Shown piece after piece: positions 1 to 14,395 of a DNA stretch of 64,000 nt. The notes below the pieces were generated by a model, which had not been told where the DNA came from, searched no databases, and worked only from the letters and a program-made list of their open reading frames with translations. The DNA lies in the NCBI GenBank assembly GCA_948471525.1, contig CAOKSY010000003.1:15265-79264 (forward strand), written 5' to 3'. How positions within the stretch are numbered: position 1 is the stretch's first letter; each line of letters starts with the position of its first letter. The translations under genes and the position numbers were made by a program. This DNA is from an uncultured Clostridia bacterium. Its GTDB lineage: Bacteria; Bacillota; Clostridia; Christensenellales; UBA3700.

Positions 1-3414
<3,414 letters not shown>

Positions 3415-3425
3415 ACCCTACCTCC

Positions 3426-6400
3426 TTAATTCTCTTCGTCTTCGAACATATTGTCGAAGATGCTTTCGTCGTCTTTGTCGTCGACGTCGTCGGCAAACGG
3501 ATTGCTGTCGCCGAAGCTGAAGATATCGTCGTCGCCGCCGAGATCGAATATATCCACTTCCTTATCGGGAGCGGTATCCTTCTCCTCGAAGTACTCCGTA
3601 TCGTCGTCGACCATTTCTCTCAAGCCGATCTCTTCTTTATTCTCATTGAGCACGTTGACGTCGAGACCGAGAGCCTGGAATTCCTTTATCAATACTTTAA
3701 AGGATTCGGGAGTACCCGGTTCGGTGATCGGCGCGCCCTTGACTATAGATTCGTAAGTCTTTACTCTTCCCACTACGTCGTCGGACTTGACAGTAAGTAT
3801 CTCCTGAAGTATGTTTGCCGCGCCGTAAGCCTCGAGCGCCCACACTTCCATTTCTCCGAATCTCTGTCCTCCGAACTGCGCTTTACCGCCCAAAGGCTGC
3901 TGCGTGACAAGGCTGTACGGTCCTGTAGATCTCGCGTGGATCTTTTCGTCTACGAGGTGGCAGAGCTTGAGCATATACATATATCCTACCGTAACGGGAT
4001 TTTCAAACTTCTCGCCCGTTCTGCCGTCGTAGAGTTCTATCTTGCCGTTCTCGGGCAAACCGTTTTCTACAAGCAACTGCTTGATATCGGACTCAGTCGC
4101 TCCGTCGAATACCGGCGTGGAAATATGCCAGCCGCACGCTTTAGCCACAAGACCCAAGTGCACTTCGAGGACCTGACCGATGTTCATACGCGAAGGCACG
4201 CCCAACGGGTTGAGGACTATCTGCAACGGAGTTCCGTCCGGCATAAACGGCATATCCTCGCGCGGAAGCACTCTGGATACTACGCCCTTGTTTCCGTGAC
4301 GTCCCGACATCTTGTCGCCTACGCCGATCTTACGCTTCTGAGCAATGTATACTCTTACGAGTTTGCTTACGCCCGGCGAAAGCTCTTTGCTGTTTTCTTT
4401 GGTGAATACTTTTACGTCGACTACTATACCCGACTGACCGTGAGGCAATCTCAAAGAAGTGTCTCTGACTTCTCTGGACTTCTCTCCGAATATCGCTCTC
4501 AGAAGTCTCTCTTCGGGAGTGAGTTCGGTTTCGCCCTTAGGCGTTACTCTTCCGACGAGTATGTCTCCGCTATGCACTTCGGCGCCGGGAATAATGATAC
4601 CGTCTTCGTCGAGGTACTTGAGCGCGTCGTCGCCGAGATTGGGGATATCTCTTGTGATCTGTTCTTCACCGAGTTTGGTATCTCTGCTCTCTATCTCGTA
4701 TTCTTCTATATGGATAGACGTAAACACGTCGTCCTTGACCAAATCTTCGTTGATAAGTATAGCGTCCTCGTAGTTATAACCTTCCCAAGACATATAGCCT
4801 ATCAAGATGTTTCTGCCCAGCGAGAGTTCGCCGTTGCAAGTAGACGGACCGTCCGCAAGGACCATACCCTTCATTACTCTGTCGCCTTTCTTTACGATAG
4901 GCTTCTGAATAATACAGGTGCCTGCGTTTGATCTCTCGAATTTCTGCAAACCGTAAGTGTCGAGAGAACCGTCGTCGCATCTCACTCCGATCACGCTGGA
5001 AGACAAAGTCTCGACGTAACCGTCGTTGCGAGCTATCACCATAACGCCCGAGTCATAAGCGATCTTATGCTCGATACCCGTACCGATAAACGGAGCTTCG
5101 GGTCTGAGAAGAGGTACTGCCTGACGTTGCATGTTGGAGCCCATCAGCGCACGCGCCGTATCGTCGTTCTCGAGGAAGGGGATAAGAGCCGCAGCTACCG
5201 ATACGAGCTGTTTTGGCGACACGTCCATATAGTCGACCTTGTCTGCGTCGAATTCGCGTATATCCGCTCTGTAACGGCAGGTTACGCGCTCGGTGGCAAA
5301 AGATCCGTCTTCGTTGAGTTGCGCATTTGCTTGAGCGACGATATACTTATCCTCTTCGTCAGCCTGCAAATACTCTACTTTGTCGGTAACTACTCCTCTC
5401 TCTTTGTCCACTTTGCGATAAGGAGCCTCGATAAATCCGTACTCGTTTACCCTCGCATATGTAGCAAGCGAAGATATAAGACCGATGTTCTGACCTTCCG
5501 GAGTCTCTATCGGACACATACGTCCGTAATGGGTGTGATGTATATCGCGCACTTCAAAAGACGCTCTTTCTCTGTTGAGACCGCCCGGTCCGAGTGCGGA
5601 AAGTTTACGCTTGTGGGTAAGTTCCGCTATAGGATTGTGGTGATCCATAAACTGCGACAGCTGAGAGGAACAGAAGAATTCCTTTATCACAGCGGTGACA
5701 GGCTTTATGTTTATAAACGTCTGCGCTTTGAATTCGCCTTCGTCCTGAGTGACCAACATCTTTTCTTTGATGCCGCGGTCAAGTCTGGTAAGACCTATTC
5801 TGAACTGATTCTGAAGAAGTTCGCCTACCGAACGTATTCTTCTGTTGGCGAGGTGATCTATATTGTCCTTTTCGCCGAAACCTACGGAAAGTCCGAGATT
5901 GTAGCATACCGAAGCGACTATATCGTCGATAGTTACGCACTTGACGACCAGTTTGTCTCTGTTCTCGGGCAATTTGATAGCCTCTTTGAGACTCTCGAGG
6001 TCGGGATTTTCCTCCATAAGTTTTCTCAGCGAAGGATAGTATACCTTTTCTTTGATGCCGAGATCTTTGGGATCGCAGTCGATATAAGCGGCGAGATCGA
6101 CGGTGTTGTTACCGATAAGTTTGAACTCGCTTCCGTCTTTCTTCGTGATATATACGACGTTTATACCCGCGTTCTGGATAGCGGTAGCGGTAGCTATATC
6201 CACTACTTCGCCCGCCGAAGCCATAACTTCGCCCGTCTCCTGATTTACGACGTCTCTTGCGAGAGTCTGACCTTCCATTCTGGTAGCTAGACAGAGTTTC
6301 TTATTGACTTTATATCTGCCAACTCTCATCATATTGTACTTTCTGTCGTCGTAGAAAGTGGATTCTATCAACTGAGAAATGCCTTCCTGCGAAGGTATCT

Positions 6401-7136
6401 CGCCCGGACGCAGACGCTTATAGAGTTCGACTTTCGCCTCCTCCATCGTCTTGGTGGAATCCTTTGCTATAGTATTGACGAGAATTTCTTCTCTGCCGAA
6501 AATATCGTATATCTGCTCGTCGCTGCCCAAACCGAGCGAACGAAGCAATACCGTCGCCGCCACTTTACGGTTGCGGTCCACGTTTACCCAAAGTATACCG
6601 TTGGTATCCTGCTTAAACTCCAGCCAAGCGCCCCTGTTGGGCATGATCGTAGTCTCGTATCTTTCGATACCGGACTTGTCCACCGTGCTTACGCTGTAAA
6701 CTCCCGGGCTTCTAACCAACTGACTGACGATTACTCTCTCCGCGCCGTTGATGATGAAAGAACCGTTGTCGGTAATGATAGGCATATCGCCCATGAATAC
6801 CTCCTCTTCGGTAATTTCGCCCGTAGCCTTACGTACAAGGCGCACCTTTACGCGCAGCGCCCTTGCATAAGTAGTATCACGGTCTTTACATTCCTTGATG
6901 CTGTACTTGATCTCGTCGTCAAGTCTAAATCCAAGGTAATGTAATTCGAATCTTCCGCCTCTGTCGCATACGGGAGAGAAGTCGTCCAGCACTTCCTGTA
7001 TACCCGTCGTGATAAACTGCTTGTAAGATTCTTTCTGTAGTTCGATCAAATACGGTATCTCGAGAGGCTCGCTGATCTTGGAAAAACACTCGCGCTCCGT
7101 GTTGCCGTACTTGACTGTATGAGTTCTTTGAGGCAT
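3426..7136 (-). CDS. rpoB: DNA-directed RNA polymerase subunit beta
   Basis: 1236-aa ORF with conserved beta-subunit blocks (e.g. [29 protein letters not shown]). It ends in an acidic tail of about 70 aa ([11 protein letters not shown]...[21 protein letters not shown]). Confidence 0.97.
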   Translation of the reverse strand: MPQRTHTVKYGNTERECFSKISEPLEIPYLIELQKESYKQFITTGIQEVLDDFSPVCDRGGRFELHYLGFRLDDEIKYSIKECKDRDTTYARALRVKVRLVRKATGEITEEEVFMGDMPIITDNGSFIINGAERVIVSQLVRSPGVYSVSTVDKSGIERYETTIMPNRGAWLEFKQDTNGILWVNVDRNRKVAATVLLRSLGLGSDEQIYDIFGREEILVNTIAKDSTKTMEEAKVELYKRLRPGEIPSQEGISQLIESTFYDDRKYNMMRVGRYKVNKKLCLATRMEGQTLARDVVNQETGEVMASAGEVVDIATATAIQNAGINVVYITKKDGSEFKLIGNNTVDLAAYIDCDPKDLGIKEKVYYPSLRKLMEENPDLESLKEAIKLPENRDKLVVKCVTIDDIVASVCYNLGLSVGFGEKDNIDHLANRRIRSVGELLQNQFRIGLTRLDRGIKEKMLVTQDEGEFKAQTFINIKPVTAVIKEFFCSSQLSQFMDHHNPIAELTHKRKLSALGPGGLNRERASFEVRDIHHTHYGRMCPIETPEGQNIGLISSLATYARVNEYGFIEAPYRKVDKERGVVTDKVEYLQADEEDKYIVAQANAQLNEDGSFATERVTCRYRADIREFDADKVDYMDVSPKQLVSVAAALIPFLENDDTARALMGSNMQRQAVPLLRPEAPFIGTGIEHKIAYDSGVMVIARNDGYVETLSSSVIGVRCDDGSLDTYGLQKFERSNAGTCIIQKPIVKKGDRVMKGMVLADGPSTCNGELSLGRNILIGYMSWEGYNYEDAILINEDLVKDDVFTSIHIEEYEIESRDTKLGEEQITRDIPNLGDDALKYLDEDGIIIPGAEVHSGDILVGRVTPKGETELTPEERLLRAIFGEKSREVRDTSLRLPHGQSGIVVDVKVFTKENSKELSPGVSKLVRVYIAQKRKIGVGDKMSGRHGNKGVVSRVLPREDMPFMPDGTPLQIVLNPLGVPSRMNIGQVLEVHLGLVAKACGWHISTPVFDGATESDIKQLLVENGLPENGKIELYDGRTGEKFENPVTVGYMYMLKLCHLVDEKIHARSTGPYSLVTQQPLGGKAQFGGQRFGEMEVWALEAYGAANILQEILTVKSDDVVGRVKTYESIVKGAPITEPGTPESFKVLIKEFQALGLDVNVLNENKEEIGLREMVDDDTEYFEEKDTAPDKEVDIFDLGGDDDIFSFGDSNPFADDVDDKDDESIFDNMFEDEEN

Positions 7137-7466
7137 ATCACACCCTCCTTAAAAAATTTCTTAATATTCAATGATCTTGCGCTTTTTGCCCTGTTTTGTA
7201 CGTTTTTCACGCGTCTGAAAGGGTCAATTCGGCATTTTACATAATCATACAATTATAGATTGTAACAAAATGCACAAGCATTGTCAATCAAAATTTATAA
7301 AAATTTAATTAATTTATTTTAGAAATTTTATATTATAGCTTTTATATAGGCGATTGTATATGTTCCCTGCTGATTTTTATAATATATAAGGAACTTTTTA
7401 TAATATATCCGCAATTTTGATATGCGAAAATTTACGCTTCTATTATAGATTTTTTCACCGCGAGTA

Positions 7467-7495
7467 TTGAAATACTTCTCCGTTTCTGCTATAAT
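7467..7495 (+). promoter_or_regulatory. sigma-A-type promoter candidate for rqcP-ispDF
   Basis: TTGAAA (7467-7472), a 17-nt spacer, then TATAAT (7490-7495), about 80 nt upstream of the 7578 ATG in an AT-rich intergenic region. Confidence 0.45.
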
Positions 7496-7577
7496 ATATT
7501 GGATAAAATAAATTATATATAAATATTTATATATTATAAAGAGACGTCCGACGGGACAAAAAATATCGGGTGATGAT

Positions 7578-7829
7578 ATGAGACTTGACAAATTTTTGAA
7601 GGTATCGAGAATAATAAAGCGACGCACTGTAGCCAACGAAGCGTGCGACAGCGGACGAGTACAGATCAACGGCAGATCGGCAAAAGCAGGAACGCAAGTC
7701 AAAGAAGGAGACGTCGTAATACTCTTTTTCGGCGACAAACAGTTCTCTTTTAAGATACTGCAAGTCAACGAAAATGCCAAAAAACAAGATTGCGGCGATA
7801 TGTACGAGGTGCTGAGCGATGAAGTTTGA
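7578..7829 (+). CDS. rqcP: S4-domain RNA-binding protein RqcP/YabO family
   Basis: 83 aa. MRLDKFLKVSRIIKRRTVANEACDSGRVQINGRSAKAG... is nearly colinear with B. subtilis YabO as I recall it (MRLDKFLKVSRLIKRRTLAKEV...). Confidence 0.85.
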   Translation: MRLDKFLKVSRIIKRRTVANEACDSGRVQINGRSAKAGTQVKEGDVVILFFGDKQFSFKILQVNENAKKQDCGDMYEVLSDEV

Positions 7830-8937
7830 CGTCATTCTCGCATGCGGCGGCAAAGGCACGCGCGCAGATCTCGGTTATAACAAACTCGCGCTAGATATAG
7901 GCGGACAGAGTGTGTTGGACAGAACTCTCTCCTGCTTTTTTCATAAAAACATCAGCAAAATAATAATATCCTATAATAAAGACGACTATTCTCTGATAGA
8001 AGCATATAAGGATATCCCCCAAGTCGCGCTTTGTCAAGGCGGAGATACGCGCACGGCTTCCGTAGCCAACGCTCTCGCTCTCGTAGAAGACGACTGCGAT
8101 TACGTAATCATCCACGACGGAGCACGCCCCTATCTAACGCGAGAATGCCTCGAACGCGCTATGGACGACGCGATTAAATTCGGCACGAGCGTGCTCTATA
8201 CCCAAAGTACAGACAGCTTGAGGGCGATAGACGGAAATACTTCCCGACCTATAGACAGAAAAAGAATAGTAAGAATACAAACGCCTCAGATATTCCCTGC
8301 CGACGAGATCAAGCGAGCGTATCTTGCCGCTGTCGGAGATGAATTCACAGACGACGCGTCGCTGTACGAAAGCCGTATAGGCAAACCCGTACATTTGACG
8401 CTAGGCAGCGATAAAAACGTCAAGATCACCACTCCCGAAGACTGTGAAAGAGCGTTGGGCGGACAACTGTTTATAGGCAACGGATGGGACACCCACAGAC
8501 TTGCCGAGGGACGAGATCTCATACTCGGCGGTCTGAAGATCGATCACGACAAAGGGCTTGTCGCTCACAGCGACGGCGACGTGCTGATACACGCGATAAT
8601 GGACGCTATACTTGCCGCAATGCACGAAAGAGACATCGGCTTTCTATTCCCTGACACTGACAGCCAATTTAAAGATATAAGCAGCGTTGTATTATTAAGA
8701 CGCGTACTGGAGATAGTAAAAACCAAAAATATGAGGATAAAATCAGTCAGCGCCGTGATAATGGCGCAAAAACCCAAACTCTCGCCTAGGATACCCGACA
8801 TACAGACCAACTTGGCGAACGTAATGGGAATAAGCGAAGATAGCGTGAGCCTTACCGCCACTACTACCGAAAAACTCGGTATGGTCGGTCGCGAAGAGGG
8901 AATAAGCGTAAGCTGCGTAGTCCTTTTGACAAAATGA
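7819..8937 (+). CDS. ispDF: bifunctional MEP cytidylyltransferase / MEcPP synthase (IspD-IspF fusion)
   Basis: 372 aa. The N-terminus ILACGGKGTRA... is IspD-like. The C-terminal half IGNGWDTHRL...GLVAHSDGDVLIHAIMDAILAA is IspF-like. The start overlaps the rqcP stop by 11 nt. Confidence 0.9.
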   Translation: MKFDVILACGGKGTRADLGYNKLALDIGGQSVLDRTLSCFFHKNISKIIISYNKDDYSLIEAYKDIPQVALCQGGDTRTASVANALALVEDDCDYVIIHDGARPYLTRECLERAMDDAIKFGTSVLYTQSTDSLRAIDGNTSRPIDRKRIVRIQTPQIFPADEIKRAYLAAVGDEFTDDASLYESRIGKPVHLTLGSDKNVKITTPEDCERALGGQLFIGNGWDTHRLAEGRDLILGGLKIDHDKGLVAHSDGDVLIHAIMDAILAAMHERDIGFLFPDTDSQFKDISSVVLLRRVLEIVKTKNMRIKSVSAVIMAQKPKLSPRIPDIQTNLANVMGISEDSVSLTATTTEKLGMVGREEGISVSCVVLLTK

Positions 8938-8960
8938 TAATGCTGTGATAAAATAAATTT

Positions 8961-9284
8961 ATGGACAACAAAAAACAAAAAGATTTCAAAATATACCAAT
9001 GGCTGTTTTTCACTCCGTTCAGTATAATAGGCGCGGCAGGAGTGCTTGTGGTTGCGTTTATGGCGCTGTTCACTTTTATATGCTCGGCAAAATACGTAGT
9101 TGCGAGTTTTATGCTCGAAAGCGCCAAGATATTCCCCGCAATCGTTTTGACGGCGATATGTTTGTGCGTTGTGGCGATACTCGTCTATTCCGACATACTT
9201 CTAGTAAAAAAATATATCAAGAGCATCAAGGAATTCATAAGAGAAAAGAACGAACTGTTTCCTAAAGAAGTCAAAAAAGATTGA
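8961..9284 (+). CDS. small membrane protein, unknown function
   Basis: 107 aa with two hydrophobic segments (WLFFTPFSIIGAAGVLVVAFMALF; IFPAIVLTAICLCVVAILVY). No recognisable family. Confidence 0.5.
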   Translation: MDNKKQKDFKIYQWLFFTPFSIIGAAGVLVVAFMALFTFICSAKYVVASFMLESAKIFPAIVLTAICLCVVAILVYSDILLVKKYIKSIKEFIREKNELFPKEVKKD

Positions 9285-9288
9285 TCTA

Positions 9289-10362
9289 TCAGAAAATATA
9301 GAATAACGCTATGCCTACCGTCAGTCCGAATGCAAAAAGTCCGGCAGTGATGAGTAGGTTTTCTTTTATATTTTTATTTGCCTTGAAAAGATACGCTACG
9401 CCCAATCCCGCGTTTACTATGAGACCTCCGACGCAAGAGCCGAACGAGATCGTATCCGCAAGATATAATTTCGTTATCAACACGCTGGACGCGCAATTGG
9501 GTATCAATCCTACCAACGTAGCGATTATAGGTTGCAGGACTCCGCTTTTGGACATAAAATCCGCTATCCTGTCAGTGCCTATAAAATGCACTATCATACC
9601 CATCGCGATATTTATCGCCAATATGTAAGCCAATATCTTTAGGGTATGCAGCAGCGGATGGACGAGATATTTTTTTACGTTGCTCTCCTTGCCGTCGTCG
9701 ATATGGTGACCGCAACATCCCTTATGTATGTCTACCGCTTCTTCGCCGTCGTCGTGAGAATGAATATCGTGCGAGTGCTCCTCTTCTCCGTGGGAATGCA
9801 AATGATCGGCGTGTAGATGTTTCTCGTCTACAGCCGCGATCGCGACGCCGTCGCCGTCTGCGACGCCAAGCTGAACGCCGCCGTCCTCTTGATCGCTATG
9901 GTTGCCGACTTCTTCGGAAGACTTGTCCGCGTCGGTCGCGACTGTAATTTTTTCTTTTTTCTTTGCTATCGCGTGTATAATTATATCTATCGCATAACCA
10001 GCCGCGAGCGCAAGCGCGAGTTTTGCAACTATGAGCATGACGAGCTTTAGCCACACTCCCTTTTGATCTATAGAAGAAAATAATATAGGCAGCGCTTCGT
10101 CGGAAGTGGCTATGAATACAGCTGCCAACGCGCCCAACGTTATCTGTCTTTTTGAATACAGATCTGCCGCAAGCACAGAAAAGCCGCATTGCGGAACGAT
10201 ACCGAATCCCGCTCCCACCGCAACGGAATACTTGGATTTTAATTTATCGTGCATTTTTACGGCGATCTTCTGCTCTACCAGTTCTATCAGAATATAGAAT
10301 ATAAAAAGTATCCAAGATAGCTTGAGCGTATCGAGAAATGCGTCAAGTAAAACGTCCCACAT
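9289..10362 (-). CDS. putative metal permease (ArsP_2-like, '10TM heavy-metal exporter' type) with His-rich loop
   Basis: 357 aa and polytopic. It has an N-terminal block ...GFGIVPQCGFSVLAADLY...ATSDEALPILF and a central cytoplasmic loop HLHADHLHSHGEEEHSHDIHSHDD...HKGCCGHH. Confidence 0.6.
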   Translation of the reverse strand: MWDVLLDAFLDTLKLSWILFIFYILIELVEQKIAVKMHDKLKSKYSVAVGAGFGIVPQCGFSVLAADLYSKRQITLGALAAVFIATSDEALPILFSSIDQKGVWLKLVMLIVAKLALALAAGYAIDIIIHAIAKKKEKITVATDADKSSEEVGNHSDQEDGGVQLGVADGDGVAIAAVDEKHLHADHLHSHGEEEHSHDIHSHDDGEEAVDIHKGCCGHHIDDGKESNVKKYLVHPLLHTLKILAYILAINIAMGMIVHFIGTDRIADFMSKSGVLQPIIATLVGLIPNCASSVLITKLYLADTISFGSCVGGLIVNAGLGVAYLFKANKNIKENLLITAGLFAFGLTVGIALFYIF

Positions 10363-10422
10363 ATTTTTTCCTTTAAAATTTATCTCTTCCAGTCGCCGCT
10401 CAATGCGGCGTACCGATTTATA

Positions 10423-12732
10423 TTATCTGAATAAAAACACGACAAACTCATTATCGTCTCCGTAATTGACGAAACTGTAAATATCCACGTTTGCGTCCGA
10501 TATTCTCGACGACAATATTATTCTTGCCTCGCTCAGCATCTTAGATATCTCATTCTTATCTTTAGAGACTTGGAAGTCTATCATTATCTCAAACGTACTG
10601 CCGCCTCTCTCTTCGACCGATATATTGAGATAAATATATTCGAGTATATAGCTGAGTTCTTCGCTGTCCTGCACCAAGAAATCCGCTGTATATGTCCCCA
10701 ACTGCAATTCGATAGAATCATAAAAAGCTCTGTAATCGAACTCCGTCTCAGCCACGTAATGCGTGTAATTCTGATTTATATAATGATCAACCTGAGATCT
10801 TACTTCGTCGGTGAAAAGCATATAATTATAAAAAGCTATCTCCGTAACTCTGCCGGACAGAGTGAATACCTGATTTCCCCACGTGGAGTCGGACAGATAC
10901 CATTCACCCATTATCTGTACCTTGTTCCACGCGTGTCCCGCAGATTGGGCTTCGCTGTCGTCAAAATCATACTGTTCGCCCGCGACTCTTACGCAATCAA
11001 TACCCTCTATAGCGCACATTACGGCGTAAGCCTTGGACAATCCGTCGCAAACCGCAGCCCCTCTAAGCACGCCCTCTAGATAGAACGCGTCGAAAAGATA
11101 GGGCTTTTTCGCCGCCAACTGTCCGGTCTGCGTGGACAGCTCGGGATAAGCGACCGCGTTGTCGTAATAGACGTTGATTATAAGCCATTCATAGATAGCC
11201 TTGATCTTATGGAGATCGGACATAGAATCGTCGCATATCTCGCGCATTATCTCCCTGAATTGCAAATATGCGCTTTCCGCCGCCGAGCCTTGTTTTGGTA
11301 TAGGACGGTAGCCGTGCGACATAACGTAGAACAGTTGATCAGTGGTCTCGACCTCAAAAGTATCCTCTACAAAATCTATCGGGAATTTATCATAATCGGC
11401 GCCTCTGCCCTTTGACGTCAACGCAAAGACGTTGCCGAGCTGCGGATAAAAATCCTGTAGCGGAGTTGCGGACATAGTAGGCTCTTCCAATCTGTCTTCG
11501 GATACCATTGTTATTCTGAATTCATTGGAAAGATATTGATATTTTACGTCGCGCGTACGGGGATACTGACACTGCTCCAAAGCCTTTTCTATCTCGCCTT
11601 TTACGTTGTCGGAAATATAAGTAACTTTGACATATGGCAGTGAGGCGATATCGTCGTTGACGTTGTAAAAACATATCCAATCAATATACGCGACCAGTTC
11701 TTCCAAACTGTCTATTGTATCAAAACCGTCCGTTTTATTCAAAAATCCTCTGTCTATATCGTCCTCCCAACGCGCATATAAATGAAGATCCGCATCGGGC
11801 ATTTGTCTAAACCAATATTTGACGGTATATTCGCCATCGGCATACCAAACGAGTTTTTTATCTCTTCCGTCAATTTCTCCGAACTGCTTTTCGGGAGCGG
11901 TCAAAGGAGTCTCGGGAAAGATCTCTATACTGTCTATCGTCTGAGCGCCGCTCGGCGTATGATAATAAATCCTCTTTTTGCTGAAAGGTACGAATTTAGC
12001 ATACAGAACTAATTCGCCGATCTCTCCGTCAAGAGAAGCCGCATAATCTCGGTAATCCGGATCTTTATACCATCCGGCAAAATTGAGACCGCTCTTCTGC
12101 GCGTCAGCGAGTATAAAAATATCTTCGACCGTATACCAATCTCTGTTGTCGGGAGAATTAATCCCTCCGTCAAGGCGATACTCTATTTTGTATTTTTTCG
12201 GAGTATAATTGGCGACAAACTCGCATCCGTTCGGCAAAGACTCTGTATCGGAAAAGTCGACGCGCTCTCCGTCTAAACTCCAATGACTGAATTCATAGCC
12301 CAGCTTTTCGACATCAGGAGGTTCTATTTCGTCTTTGGAGGCGAGTACCTGCTCAAGTTCGCCGCCGAAAGCGCCTGCACCCGCGATATCGAATTTATAA
12401 GCATAACCTATCCGGAAAGTCGCCGTAAACTCTCCGATATAATCCCCTGTACCGCTGACGGTCACCATAGCCGCGCCGGGATCGACGTTATTCGCAAACT
12501 GCGCCGTATAATATTGTTTTTCCACGACACGGTTTTTTCTCGTCAAAGTGATCTCGGGCGTTATCTCCTGCCCCGTATAAGCATATATGTCTTTGTCGAA
12601 AGATATCTCGCTGCCGACTGAAATGTCAATTTTGCCTATCGGCTTGGAAAAGTCTATACACGCGCCCAAAAGCACAGCGGTAGCCAATACGGCAATCAGT
12701 ATTATCGGCAATAAATATTTTCTTTGTTTCAT
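10423..12732 (-). CDS. secreted lipoprotein with repeat domains and a C-terminal transglutaminase-like cysteine protease core
   Basis: 769 aa with a signal peptide and lipobox (AVLLGAC). The Cys/His/Asp core is AAVCDGLSKAYAVMC...GHAWNKVQIMGEWYLSDSTWG. The N-terminal half contains repeats of the type ...GYEFSHW.../...GLNFAGWY.... Confidence 0.7.
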   Translation of the reverse strand: MKQRKYLLPIILIAVLATAVLLGACIDFSKPIGKIDISVGSEISFDKDIYAYTGQEITPEITLTRKNRVVEKQYYTAQFANNVDPGAAMVTVSGTGDYIGEFTATFRIGYAYKFDIAGAGAFGGELEQVLASKDEIEPPDVEKLGYEFSHWSLDGERVDFSDTESLPNGCEFVANYTPKKYKIEYRLDGGINSPDNRDWYTVEDIFILADAQKSGLNFAGWYKDPDYRDYAASLDGEIGELVLYAKFVPFSKKRIYYHTPSGAQTIDSIEIFPETPLTAPEKQFGEIDGRDKKLVWYADGEYTVKYWFRQMPDADLHLYARWEDDIDRGFLNKTDGFDTIDSLEELVAYIDWICFYNVNDDIASLPYVKVTYISDNVKGEIEKALEQCQYPRTRDVKYQYLSNEFRITMVSEDRLEEPTMSATPLQDFYPQLGNVFALTSKGRGADYDKFPIDFVEDTFEVETTDQLFYVMSHGYRPIPKQGSAAESAYLQFREIMREICDDSMSDLHKIKAIYEWLIINVYYDNAVAYPELSTQTGQLAAKKPYLFDAFYLEGVLRGAAVCDGLSKAYAVMCAIEGIDCVRVAGEQYDFDDSEAQSAGHAWNKVQIMGEWYLSDSTWGNQVFTLSGRVTEIAFYNYMLFTDEVRSQVDHYINQNYTHYVAETEFDYRAFYDSIELQLGTYTADFLVQDSEELSYILEYIYLNISVEERGGSTFEIMIDFQVSKDKNEISKMLSEARIILSSRISDANVDIYSFVNYGDDNEFVVFLFR

Positions 12733-13421
12733 AATACCTCTCGAGATATGTCGGGTAGATACGCCTCCAATCTGTAGATCGGCATATCCATTTCCGCGAA
12801 CTTGAGTTCGTGTTCGGTCATTATATTGTTTTTACAATCGGAATTGAGATAGTCTAGCGATATATTTTTAAGTATATATCCGCTCTGAGAAAATTCCGCT
12901 ATAGAAAACTCAAACAACGATTTACTGTCGGTCTTTTGATGTATCTCTCCGCCGTCGACAAGCAACCTTGAATAAACTTTCAAAAATTTTCTGTGAGTAA
13001 GACGCTGTTTTTCATAGCCTTTCTGAGGAAGAGGCGTCGAGAAATTGAGATATATCTTGGAAATCGTCCTGTCGGGTATATAACTCTCAAGACATTCCGC
13101 CCTGATTATCATAAACTTGACATTGGAGAGTTCCATCTTCTTAGCCTTTTCGCACGCCTCGACTATCACGTTGGACAGCATCTCTATCGCTATATAATTG
13201 ACGCCGGGATTGCGTCGTGCCAATTCGCATATAAATTGCCCCTTGCCGCACCCGATCTCCAATTCTACAGGATTGAAATTGCCGAAAACTTTTCTATAAT
13301 CAATATAGTCTTTCTGCTCGACGGAAGTCTTCATATTTCTGTCGAGTATCGTCCTCTCTATTATATAGTCGCCGACTGCGCCCAGTCTCTCGTCGAGATT
13401 GCGCTTTCTTCTCATTCTCAT
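12729..13421 (-). CDS. trmB: tRNA (guanine-N7)-methyltransferase
   Basis: 230 aa. MRMRRKRN...ELEIGCGKGQFICELARRNPGVNYIAIE...IYLNFSTPLPQK..., colinear with Bacillus TrmB as recalled. Confidence 0.88.
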   Translation of the reverse strand: MRMRRKRNLDERLGAVGDYIIERTILDRNMKTSVEQKDYIDYRKVFGNFNPVELEIGCGKGQFICELARRNPGVNYIAIEMLSNVIVEACEKAKKMELSNVKFMIIRAECLESYIPDRTISKIYLNFSTPLPQKGYEKQRLTHRKFLKVYSRLLVDGGEIHQKTDSKSLFEFSIAEFSQSGYILKNISLDYLNSDCKNNIMTEHELKFAEMDMPIYRLEAYLPDISREVL

Positions 13422-13509
13422 ACTAATATTTTATCATCAAATCGCGATTTTGTCTACAACGTATAGCTACTATAACGATATTTAATCTTCCAAATATTGC
13501 GAATAATAT

Positions 13510-13537
13510 AAAAAAGACGGCCGTACGCGCGACCGTC
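13510..13537 (-). terminator. rho-independent terminator downstream of the mrp-like gene
   Basis: Minus strand: GACGGUCG-CGCGUA-CGGCCGUC (8 bp including one G.U pair), followed by UUUUUUAU. Confidence 0.6.
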
Positions 13538-13546
13538 CTGTCTCAA

Positions 13547-14356
13547 TCATAATTTTTTGACCAACTCTCCCAGCCAGTCTCCGTCAAAGTATTCTATCGC
13601 GCCGCTGTCGCACGCGCTTGTCAATATTGGACTGACGGGGATCTTGGCAGTGAGCGGTATGTCGAATTTCTCCGCGATCTTTTCTATCTTGCTTTCCCCG
13701 AAGATAGGCAGTTCTTCTCCGCACTTGCCGCATTTGTAATAGGACATATTTTCTACCGCGGCGACTATGGGAATATTCATCATCTTTGCCATCTTTACGC
13801 CCTTGGATACGATCATCTCAACAAGCTCCTGAGGAGTGGCGACTATTATAATGCCGTCGATCGGAAGACTTTGATACACTGTCAGCGGAATATCGCCGGT
13901 ACCCGGCGGCATGTCTATAAACATTGTGTCGACGTCGCCCCAACATACGTCTGTCCAAAATTGAGTCACCGCGCCCGTAGCCAGCGACGATCTCCAGACA
14001 ATCGGGCTTTCCTCGTCCTGTAAGAACATATTCATCGAGACGATCCTTATCCCCGTAGCCGTCTCCGCAGGCACGATACCTCGCCCGTCTCCTACAGCTT
14101 TCTGCTTTATGCCGAAATACTTCGTCATAGACGCTCCCGTAACGTCCGCGTCCAATACCGCCGTGCTTCTTCCCTCTCGCCTGTTGAGCACCGCAAGCTG
14201 AGCGGTGACCATAGATTTGCCCACTCCGCCTTTTGCGCTCATTATCGCATACGTCTTCTTTATTTTAGAAAATTTATTTAGCTGCGCTTTCTGCGTCGTC
14301 TTTCTGTCCTTGCAGTCCTGTCCGCAACTCGAACAATCGTGAGTACACTCGCTCAT
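13547..14356 (-). CDS. Mrp/NBP35/ApbC-family Fe-S cluster carrier ATPase
   Basis: 269 aa with a deviant Walker A (SAKGGVGKSMV), an N-terminal Cys cluster (CTHDCSSCGQDC) and a CGKCG motif near the C-terminus. Confidence 0.85.
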   Translation of the reverse strand: MSECTHDCSSCGQDCKDRKTTQKAQLNKFSKIKKTYAIMSAKGGVGKSMVTAQLAVLNRREGRSTAVLDADVTGASMTKYFGIKQKAVGDGRGIVPAETATGIRIVSMNMFLQDEESPIVWRSSLATGAVTQFWTDVCWGDVDTMFIDMPPGTGDIPLTVYQSLPIDGIIIVATPQELVEMIVSKGVKMAKMMNIPIVAAVENMSYYKCGKCGEELPIFGESKIEKIAEKFDIPLTAKIPVSPILTSACDSGAIEYFDGDWLGELVKKL

Positions 14357-14395
14357 ATATCACCTAGATCGGGACGGTATTCCGTCTTATCGAAA

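Noticed and set aside
3936-6290. Plus-strand ORFs of 331 aa and 407 aa inside rpoB.
   Set aside because: Same antisense-shadow phenomenon: they are in phase with the rpoB codons and have no recognisable protein features.
7328-7859. Minus-strand ORFs of 150 aa and 110 aa in and around the rqcP leader.
   Set aside because: They overlap the well-supported rqcP gene and an AT-rich promoter region. Their composition is low-complexity and Ile/Tyr/Lys-rich, as expected from translating AT-rich DNA.
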